From assembly GCA_020073495.1 (NCBI GenBank), contig JAIQFD010000007.1:3891-67890 (forward strand): 64,000 nucleotides of DNA, given 5' to 3'. The number at the start of each line of letters is the position of its first letter. Position 1 is the first letter of the stretch. The translations under genes were made by a program, and so were the position numbers. Source of the stretch: Terriglobia bacterium (GTDB lineage: Bacteria > Acidobacteriota > Terriglobia > Terriglobales > Acidobacteriaceae). This document shows positions 37,223 to 44,407 of the stretch, one piece after another. The notes beneath the pieces were generated by a model. The model was not told the origin of the DNA and did not search any database. It saw only the letters and a program-made list of their open reading frames with translations.

Positions 37223-38595
37223 CGCGCCGCCACGGCCGCCGCCTCGACCGGCTCCAGGTGGGCCGTGAAATGGCGCAGGAAGGGCGCTTCGAACCTCAGC
37301 CTCAGCCCGCGGATCTGCTCGCGACGCCGCCACACTTCGAGGATTACCTCCACCACGTAGTCGATGTGGCTCTGGGTATAGACGCGGCGGGGGATGGCGA
37401 GTCGCACCAGATCCATTTTGGCGGCGGCGCCGAACATGAGCGTGCCGATCTCGACCGAGCGGATACCGCCTTCCAGATAGAGTTCTGCAGCGAGCGCGAC
37501 CCCGGGAAATTGCTCCTGGGGGATGTGGGGCAGGAAGGCGCGGGCGTCGATGTACACCGCGTGGCCGCCGGGCGGCTGCACGATGGGCACGCCCTGCTCG
37601 GCGATGTGGTTGCCGAGGTAGGCGGTCGAAGCGATGCGGTAGTGCAAGTAATCCTCGTGCAGCGCCTCCTGCAAGCCGACGGCGATGGCCTCCAGGTCGC
37701 GTCCGGCGAGCCCGCCGTAGGTCGGGTAGCCCTCGGTGAGGATGAGCAGGTCCTTCTCCTGCTGCGCCAGCTTGTCGTCGTTGGTGCAAAGGAAGCCGCC
37801 GATGTTGGCCATGCCGTCCTTCTTCGCCGACATAGTGCAGCCGTCGCCCAAGGCGAACATCTGCTGCGCGATCTGCTTGGGAGACTTGTCTTCATAGCCA
37901 TGCTCCCGCAGCTTGATGAAGTACGCATTCTCGGCAAAGCGGCAGGCGTCGAAATAAAGGGGGATGTGGTGCTTGCGGCAAATGGCACTGACGGTGCGCG
38001 CGTTCTCCATGGAAACCGGCTGGCCGCCGCCGGAATTGTTGGTCACCGTGAGCATGACCAGGGGGATGCGCTCACGGCCGACACGCTGGATCAGCGCCTC
38101 CAGCTCGCCTGCATCCATGTTGCCCTTGAAGGGGTGCCGGGTCGCAGGCTGCTTCCCTTCCGCGATGGGCAGGTCCACGGCCTCCGCACCTACGAACTCG
38201 ATGTTGGCGCGCGTGGTATCGAAGTGCGTGTTGTTGGGCACCACGTCCCCCTTGCGGCACATCACGCTGAACAGGATGCGCTCCGCGGCGCGGCCCTGGT
38301 GTGTGGGGATCACGTGCCGGTAGCCGAAGATCTTCTGCACGGACGAGCGGAAGCAGTCGAAGCTTCTGCTCCCGGCGTAGCTCTCGTCGCCCCGCATGAT
38401 GGCGGACCACTGATGAGTGGACATAGCTCCGGTGCCGGAGTCGGTCAGCAGGTCGATGAGCACGTCGTCGGCGGGCAGCAGGAACAGGTTGTAATGTGCC
38501 GTGCGCAGGAACTGTTCGCGTTCCGCGCGCGTGGTCCAGCGGATGGGCTCCACGCTCTTGATGCGGAACGGTTCGATGACAGTATGGATGGGCAT
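37219..38595 (-). CDS. PLP-dependent beta-eliminating lyase (tryptophanase / tyrosine phenol-lyase family)
   Basis: Near-colinear with remembered TPL/TnaA sequences: EPFRIKSVEP, DLLTDSGTGAMS, VIPTHQGRAAE, NNSGGGQPVSMEN, CTMSAKKDGMANIGGF (PLP Lys), GGHAVYIDA, RLAIPRRVYT. Confidence 0.9.
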   Translation of the reverse strand: MPIHTVIEPFRIKSVEPIRWTTRAEREQFLRTAHYNLFLLPADDVLIDLLTDSGTGAMSTHQWSAIMRGDESYAGSRSFDCFRSSVQKIFGYRHVIPTHQGRAAERILFSVMCRKGDVVPNNTHFDTTRANIEFVGAEAVDLPIAEGKQPATRHPFKGNMDAGELEALIQRVGRERIPLVMLTVTNNSGGGQPVSMENARTVSAICRKHHIPLYFDACRFAENAYFIKLREHGYEDKSPKQIAQQMFALGDGCTMSAKKDGMANIGGFLCTNDDKLAQQEKDLLILTEGYPTYGGLAGRDLEAIAVGLQEALHEDYLHYRIASTAYLGNHIAEQGVPIVQPPGGHAVYIDARAFLPHIPQEQFPGVALAAELYLEGGIRSVEIGTLMFGAAAKMDLVRLAIPRRVYTQSHIDYVVEVILEVWRRREQIRGLRLRFEAPFLRHFTAHLEPVEAAAVAAR

Positions 38596-38701
38596 TCATT
38601 CGCCTCGGATGCAGGCCTTCTCCACACCGAATTCTAGTGCGTGACGAGGGCCTTGGCTGTGATGTTTGAACATTGCAGGGGCGCATTTACACTAGGCGCG
38701 C

Positions 38702-39637
38702 ATGCCCCAAGACTCCAGCGGCAGCGATCTGCTGCACCCGGCGCAGCGCCGGCTGAAAGACCGAGTCCGGGCCTTCGCCTGGCGCCATCCGCTGCTGTGG
38801 CTGGCGTACAACCTGCGTCACGTGGTCAAGGGCCACCAGATGCTCTTCCTCGACTACCGGGTCGAACCGCAAAGCCGCCATGGCTACGACCGTCCGCCGC
38901 ACCCTCGCCTGCAGGCGCTGCTGGAGCAAGGACGCGATGGGTACCGCGAGCTCTTGAGTGGCTTCCTCTCGTTCCGGGACCACCTGGCGCGCATTCCCGT
39001 GGAAGGACGTGACGAGCGCTCGCCCTACTGGGACAACGGCTGGATGCCGCCGCTCGATGCTGCCGCGCTGTACTGCATAGTGGCGCAACGCAAACCGCGA
39101 CTGTACCTCGAAGTGGGGTCCGGACATTCCACCAAGTTCGCGCGACGTGCCATTGACGATCACGCGCTACCCACAAAAATCGTCTCCCTGGATCCTCATC
39201 CGCGGGCGGAGATCGATGCCCTCTGCCACCGGCTGGTGCGGCAGCCTCTGCAACAGGCTGACCTCAGTCTCTTCCACGAGCTGCAAGCGGGCGATGTGCT
39301 CTTCCTCGACTGCTCCCACGTCTTGCTGACCAATTCGGACGTGAGCGTGGCCTTCCTGGAAATCCTGCCTGCGCTGCCGGCCGGAGTGCTGGTGCAGGTG
39401 CACGACGTTTTCCTGCCTGACGACTACCCTCCGGCCTGGCTACACCATTATTGGAACGAGCAATACCTGCTCGCGTTTGCGCTGCTGGAGGACGCCAGCC
39501 GTCTGCAAGTTGTGTTGCCAAATGCCTTCGTCTCCGGCGATCCAGAGCTGTCGGGTGTGCTGCATCCGCTATGGCAGGCCCTGGGGCTCTCCACCAGTGC
39601 CGATAAAGGGGTCTCCATGTGGCTCGCCACGCGATAG
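38702..39637 (+). CDS. Putative class I SAM-dependent methyltransferase (Methyltransf_24-like)
   Basis: LYLEVGSGHSTKFARRAI...IVSLDPHPR...DVLFLDCSH layout. 311 aa. Confidence 0.5.
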   Translation: MPQDSSGSDLLHPAQRRLKDRVRAFAWRHPLLWLAYNLRHVVKGHQMLFLDYRVEPQSRHGYDRPPHPRLQALLEQGRDGYRELLSGFLSFRDHLARIPVEGRDERSPYWDNGWMPPLDAAALYCIVAQRKPRLYLEVGSGHSTKFARRAIDDHALPTKIVSLDPHPRAEIDALCHRLVRQPLQQADLSLFHELQAGDVLFLDCSHVLLTNSDVSVAFLEILPALPAGVLVQVHDVFLPDDYPPAWLHHYWNEQYLLAFALLEDASRLQVVLPNAFVSGDPELSGVLHPLWQALGLSTSADKGVSMWLATR

Positions 39638-39720
39638 CCCTCGGGTCCTGCCCCAGCCACGCGGCATTACGTTCGTAAGTTGAACAAGGACATGTCCCAA
39701 GGTAACGTGGGAGCTGAAGG

Positions 39721-40098
39721 ATGTCCCCAATGATCAGCATGAATGCATCACCGGGAAGCGCCCCGGGCGGCGGGCGGGATATGCGTCGCAGCCCGCGCTA
39801 TACCGTGGACGTGCGGCTCCGCCTGATCGTGCATAAGAGCGGCAAGAACACCATCGTCCACGGGCGTGGCAACGACATCAGCGAGAGTGGTATGGCCCTG
39901 TTCGTGGCCCATGATCTCGAGGTCGGGGACCGGCTCGAAGTGGAATTCACGCTGCCCTATTCCCGGCAGCCCTTGCGGGCCGGCGCGACCATCCGCAACC
40001 GGAATGGCTACCGTTACGGCGTCGAGTTCCTGACCCTGAGCATCCCGCAGCGCGAAGAGATCCTGCGACTGTGCAAGGCCCTGACCCTGCTGCAGTAG
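39721..40098 (+). CDS. PilZ-domain protein
   Basis: RRSPRYTV (RxxxR) and NDISESGMAL (DxSxxG) motifs. 125 aa. Confidence 0.8.
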   Translation: MSPMISMNASPGSAPGGGRDMRRSPRYTVDVRLRLIVHKSGKNTIVHGRGNDISESGMALFVAHDLEVGDRLEVEFTLPYSRQPLRAGATIRNRNGYRYGVEFLTLSIPQREEILRLCKALTLLQ

Positions 40099-40202
40099 CT
40101 CTTGCAGGCCGCCATCACGCGACGTCGTAGCAATTCACACTGGGAAGGCCCCATCCGACTCCTTATCAATCCCTTCGGAACACACACCCAAAGGTAGGCC
40201 GT

Positions 40203-40231
40203 TTGACTTGTCCTGACCCCCGCCCTAGCAT
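40203..40231 (+). promoter_or_regulatory. Sigma-70-like promoter candidate for the Ser/Thr kinase gene
   Basis: TTGACT-N17-TAGCAT, about 35 nt upstream of the ATG at 40265 (RBS GGGAAGGGAG). Confidence 0.4.
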
Positions 40232-40264
40232 TCCAGTAAGGGTGAGGGGAAGGGAGCTTCCCCG

Positions 40265-42421
40265 ATGGCCGGTCAAGCGCTGCGCCCGGCTAGCCTGGTG
40301 GGCCAGAGACTGGGGCATTACTGCATCCTGGAGCGCATCGGCGCCGGCGGGATGGGCGAAGTCTATCGTGCCCGCGACGAGCATCTGGACCGCGAGGTGG
40401 CCATCAAGGTCCTGTCGGCTGGAACACTGGCCGACGACAACGCCCGCCGCCAGTTCCGCAACGAAGCCCTTGCCTGCTCCAAGCTCACCCACCCCAATAT
40501 CGCCACTGTCTACGATTTCGATACCCAGGAAGGCGCTGACTTCCTGGTCGCGGAGTATGTCCCCGGACAGACGCTGGACGAAAAGTTGGCTTCCGGACCG
40601 CTGCCGGAGAGCGAAGTGCTCCGCCTGGGCAGGGAGTTGGCCGAAGGGCTCGCCGCCGCTCACGCCCAGGGCATCGTGCACCGCGACCTGAAGCCCGGCA
40701 ACCTGCGCGTCACTTCCGATGGCCGGCTCAAAGTCCTCGATTTCGGCCTAGCCAGGTCGCTGGCCATGGCGGGGGCGGACACGCCGACGGAAAGTTCGAG
40801 CAGGAACAACGTCGGAGTCGCTGGCACACTGGCCTACATGGCGCCCGAGCAACTGCGCGGCGAAGCGCTCGACTCGCGCAGTGATATCTACTCCGTGGGC
40901 GTGGTGCTCTACGAGATGGCGACCGGGCGGCATCCCTTTCCCGAGGCGGTGGTCCCGGCGCTGATCGATTCCGTCCTGCACAAGTCGCCGGCTCCGCCGC
41001 GATGGTGCCAGCCCGAGCTGTCGCCGCGCCTGGAGCAGATCATCCTCAAGTGCCTGGAGAAGGACCCCGGGGTGCGCTACCAGTCGTGCGTGGAGTTGAT
41101 CGCCGACTTCCGGCGCGCCGGCATGCCCGAGACTTCCCGCGACAACTCCATCGCGGTGCTCTACTTCGAGAACCTGGGCGGGCAGGAAGAACACGAGTAC
41201 TTCCGCGACGGCATCACTGAGGACATCACCACCGAGCTGTCGAAGATCCGCGGCCTGCGCGTTTTCTCGCGCTCCGCGGTGCTCGCCTTCCGGGACAAAC
41301 CGGTGACGCCGGCGCATGTCGGCCGCCAGTTGCATGCCGCGTACGTGCTGGAAGGCAGCGTGCGGCGCGAAGGCGTCCGCCTGCGCCTCAACGCCAAGCT
41401 GGTGGAGACGAGCACCGGGCATGCGGTCTGGGCGGAGCGATACGACCGCCAGATGGAAGACGTCTTCGCTATCCAGGACGAGATCGCGCATTGCATCGCG
41501 GGGGCACTGCGGCTGGTGCTGACCGAGACCGAGAAGCGCGCCATCGCCAAACCGCCCACGGCCGACGTGCAGGCCTATGACTTCTACCTGCGGGGGCGGC
41601 AGTTCTTTCACCAGTTCCGGCGCAAAGGGTTCGACTTCGCGCGCGAGATGTTCGCCCGCGCCATCGAGCTCGATCCAACCTATGCCCGCGCCTACGCCGG
41701 CATCGCCGACTGCTGCGCCTTCCTGCATATGTACTGGGACTCGACCGAGAAGAACCTGCAACAGGCCGACGCCGCCAGCCAGAAAGCGCTGGAGCTGGAT
41801 CCGGACCTCGCCGAGGCGCACGCGTCGCGCGGCCTGACAGCCTCGTTGAAAAAGCAGTACGACGAGGCGCAGAAGGAGTTCGAGACCGCCATCCGCCTGA
41901 ACCCGCACCTGTTCGAGCCCTACTATTTCCAGGCGCGCAATTACTACGCGCAGGGGCAGCTCGAAAAAGCGGTCCAGTGGTTCGGACAGGCCAACCGCGT
42001 CGTGCCAGAGGACTACCAGGCGCAAATGCTGATGGCGAGCGCACTGCATGGCCTGGGTCGGCAAGACCAGGCGCGCGCCGCCTACGAGCGTGGCCTGCTC
42101 GCCGCCGAGAAGCACCTCAGCCTGCATCCCGGCGACTCGCGCGCCTTCTACTTCGGCGCCAACGCGCTCTCCCAGCTCAACCAGAGAGAACGTTCGATCG
42201 AGTGGCTGGAGCGCGCGCTCACGGTCGAGCCCGAAGAGCCGCAGGTCCTCTACAACGTGGCCTGCGTGTACGCGCTGCTGGACGAGGCGGACAAAGCAAT
42301 CGACTGCCTGGAGAAATCCATCACGCACGGCTGGGGCCAGCGCGAATGGATGGAACACGATCCCGACCTCGCTCCCATCCGCGGCCATCCGCGCTTCCTG
42401 GCATTGCTCAAGCGCGCGTGA
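40265..42421 (+). CDS. Ser/Thr protein kinase with a C-terminal TPR region
   Basis: GAGGMGEVYRARD...VAIKVL, HRDLKPGNL, DFGLA, MAPE. The C-terminal half has TPR-like repeats (AYAGIADCCAFL..., AEAHASRGL...). Confidence 0.9.
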   Translation: MAGQALRPASLVGQRLGHYCILERIGAGGMGEVYRARDEHLDREVAIKVLSAGTLADDNARRQFRNEALACSKLTHPNIATVYDFDTQEGADFLVAEYVPGQTLDEKLASGPLPESEVLRLGRELAEGLAAAHAQGIVHRDLKPGNLRVTSDGRLKVLDFGLARSLAMAGADTPTESSSRNNVGVAGTLAYMAPEQLRGEALDSRSDIYSVGVVLYEMATGRHPFPEAVVPALIDSVLHKSPAPPRWCQPELSPRLEQIILKCLEKDPGVRYQSCVELIADFRRAGMPETSRDNSIAVLYFENLGGQEEHEYFRDGITEDITTELSKIRGLRVFSRSAVLAFRDKPVTPAHVGRQLHAAYVLEGSVRREGVRLRLNAKLVETSTGHAVWAERYDRQMEDVFAIQDEIAHCIAGALRLVLTETEKRAIAKPPTADVQAYDFYLRGRQFFHQFRRKGFDFAREMFARAIELDPTYARAYAGIADCCAFLHMYWDSTEKNLQQADAASQKALELDPDLAEAHASRGLTASLKKQYDEAQKEFETAIRLNPHLFEPYYFQARNYYAQGQLEKAVQWFGQANRVVPEDYQAQMLMASALHGLGRQDQARAAYERGLLAAEKHLSLHPGDSRAFYFGANALSQLNQRERSIEWLERALTVEPEEPQVLYNVACVYALLDEADKAIDCLEKSITHGWGQREWMEHDPDLAPIRGHPRFLALLKRA

Positions 42422-42457
42422 TCGCCGGCGAGTTGCCTGCGCGGACGGTCGCGTCGT

Positions 42458-42847
42458 ATGTTGGCGTGCCCGCCGATGAGCACTCGTGCGCCGCGTACAT
42501 CCCGTCTAAACGCGATCCTGGGCAGCCTCTGCCCGCGCTGCCGCCTGGGACCGATCTTCCAAGGCTCGATGCTGTGGTTCACCCCGATGCACGAGCGCTG
42601 CCCGGTCTGTGGCCTGAAGTACGAGCGCGAGCAGGGCTACTTTCTGGGTGCCATGTACATGAGCTACGCGATGGCCGTACCGCTGCTGGCGGCCTTCCTG
42701 GCGCTCTTCTGGTGGCTCACCGACTGGGGCTGGAACGCGATCCTGCTGAGCTCGGCGCTGGCGCTGGTCCCGTTCGCTCCCGTCCTGACGCTCTTCGCTC
42801 GCGTGCTCTGGATCCATCTCGATCGCGGGGTCGACCCGGGAGAATAA
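42458..42847 (+). CDS. DUF983-like small membrane protein
   Basis: CPRCRLGPIF...CPVCGLKYERE zinc-ribbon-like pairs followed by two TM helices (alternative ATG at 42476). Confidence 0.65.
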   Translation: MLACPPMSTRAPRTSRLNAILGSLCPRCRLGPIFQGSMLWFTPMHERCPVCGLKYEREQGYFLGAMYMSYAMAVPLLAAFLALFWWLTDWGWNAILLSSALALVPFAPVLTLFARVLWIHLDRGVDPGE

Positions 42848-42900
42848 CGGCGCGATAGGAACGCACGGACGCGGCCTTTTCGACTAGACTCTTAAGATTC

Positions 42901-42921
42901 CGATCGTGGATCCGCACGATT
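42901..42921. promoter_or_regulatory. Inverted repeat upstream of modA (possible operator)
   Basis: cgATCGTGgatccgCACGATt, 18 nt upstream of the modA ATG. Confidence 0.3.
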
Positions 42922-42938
42922 ATTGTCCATACGGGAAA

Positions 42939-43709
42939 ATGCGCACTTGGCTCATACAAATCTGTCTGGCAGTGTCCGTGCTGTCCGCGAGTTCCTTCGC
43001 CGGCGAGATCACGGTAGCAGCGGCGGCGGACCTGCAATACGCTCTCAAGGAAGTCGCCGCCCGCTTTGAGAAAGAGAGCGGCAACACGGTAAAGCTTACG
43101 TTCGGATCGTCCGGGAACTTTTATTCGCAGATCGCCAACGGCGCGCCCTTCGATGTCTTCCTGTCGGCCGACAGCGAGTATCCGAAGAAACTGATCGAGG
43201 CGGGCGCCGCCGATCGGAATTCCCTCTTCGTTTACGGGGTCGGCCGGATCGTGCTGTGGGTGCCGGGCGCGTCGAAGCTTGACCTCAACAAGGGGCTCAA
43301 GGTCCTGCTCGATCCCGCGGTGCGGAAGGTGGCGCTGGCGAACCCGCAGCACGCACCCTACGGTCGCGCTGCGGTCGCGGCCCTGCGTCACGAGGGCCTC
43401 TACGACCAGGTCAGCGGAAAATTTGTGTTCGGCGAGAACATTTCCCAGACCATGCATTTCATCGAATCCGGCAATGTGGACGCCGGGTTCGTGGCCTTGT
43501 CGCTGGCCACGGCGCCACCGACCCAGGGCCGAGGCCGGTACTGGGTCGTGCCCCAGGATTTTTATCCGACGATCGAGCAGGCGGCGGTGGTGATCTCACA
43601 CTCTCCGAAAAAGAAGACCGCGTCCGCTTTCCTCGACTTCCTGCGCAAGCCGGAGATCGTGGAATTGATGGGACGCTACGGTTTCGAGCGCCCCGGGAGC
43701 AAGAGATGA
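42939..43709 (+). CDS. modA: Molybdate ABC transporter substrate-binding protein
   Basis: Signal peptide MRTWLIQICLAVSVLSASSFA, then ITVAAAADLQYAL...TFGSSGNFYSQIANGAPFDVFLSAD... typical of ModA. Confidence 0.85.
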   Translation: MRTWLIQICLAVSVLSASSFAGEITVAAAADLQYALKEVAARFEKESGNTVKLTFGSSGNFYSQIANGAPFDVFLSADSEYPKKLIEAGAADRNSLFVYGVGRIVLWVPGASKLDLNKGLKVLLDPAVRKVALANPQHAPYGRAAVAALRHEGLYDQVSGKFVFGENISQTMHFIESGNVDAGFVALSLATAPPTQGRGRYWVVPQDFYPTIEQAAVVISHSPKKKTASAFLDFLRKPEIVELMGRYGFERPGSKR

Positions 43710-44407
43710 ACTGGCAGGCGATCATACTGACGGTGGAGCTTGCACTGCTGGTATCGCTGGTGCTGTTGGCCATCGGACTGCCCATCGCCTACTGGATCAC
43801 GTTCTCGCGCTGGCGCTGGAAATTCCTGGTGGAGGCGGTAGTGGCAATGCCGCTGGTCCTGCCGCCCACGGTGCTTGGTTTCTACGTGCTGGTCGCCATC
43901 GGGCGAGGCAGCCCGGTCGGGCGGCTGTATCACGACTGGTCCGGACGCACCCTGGCCTTCAGCTTCGAGGGCCTGCTGATCGGTTCCGTGCTCTACAGCC
44001 TTCCCTTCGCGGTGCAGCCATTCGCCTCCGGATTCGCCGCCGTGGACCGGCGGCTGATTGAAGCCTCATGGACTCTGGGAGCATCGCGGGTGAAGACTTT
44101 CTTTCGCGTGATCGTGCCTCTTTCGCTGGCCAGCGTGATCACCGGAGTAGTTCTGAGTTTTGCCCACACTATGGGAGAATTCGGGGTGGTCCTGATGGTG
44201 GGTGGGGACATCCCGGGTGTGACCAGGACGGTCTCGATCGATATTTATGACCAAGTACAGGCGCTGAACTACCCGTCGGCGAATCGCACCGCGCTGGCGC
44301 TTCTGGTGTTCTCGTTCGCTGTCTTATCGGTGGTGTACGGGTTGAACCGCAAAGGTGTCTCGCTGTGGATGAAGGCGCGCGCCCCGAAGGACCTGCTGAC
44401 TCCATGA
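43706..44407 (+). CDS. modB: Molybdate ABC transporter permease
   Basis: Polytopic membrane protein with EAA loop EASWTLGASRVKTFFRVIVPL. ATGA overlaps with modA and modC. Confidence 0.9.
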   Translation: MNWQAIILTVELALLVSLVLLAIGLPIAYWITFSRWRWKFLVEAVVAMPLVLPPTVLGFYVLVAIGRGSPVGRLYHDWSGRTLAFSFEGLLIGSVLYSLPFAVQPFASGFAAVDRRLIEASWTLGASRVKTFFRVIVPLSLASVITGVVLSFAHTMGEFGVVLMVGGDIPGVTRTVSIDIYDQVQALNYPSANRTALALLVFSFAVLSVVYGLNRKGVSLWMKARAPKDLLTP

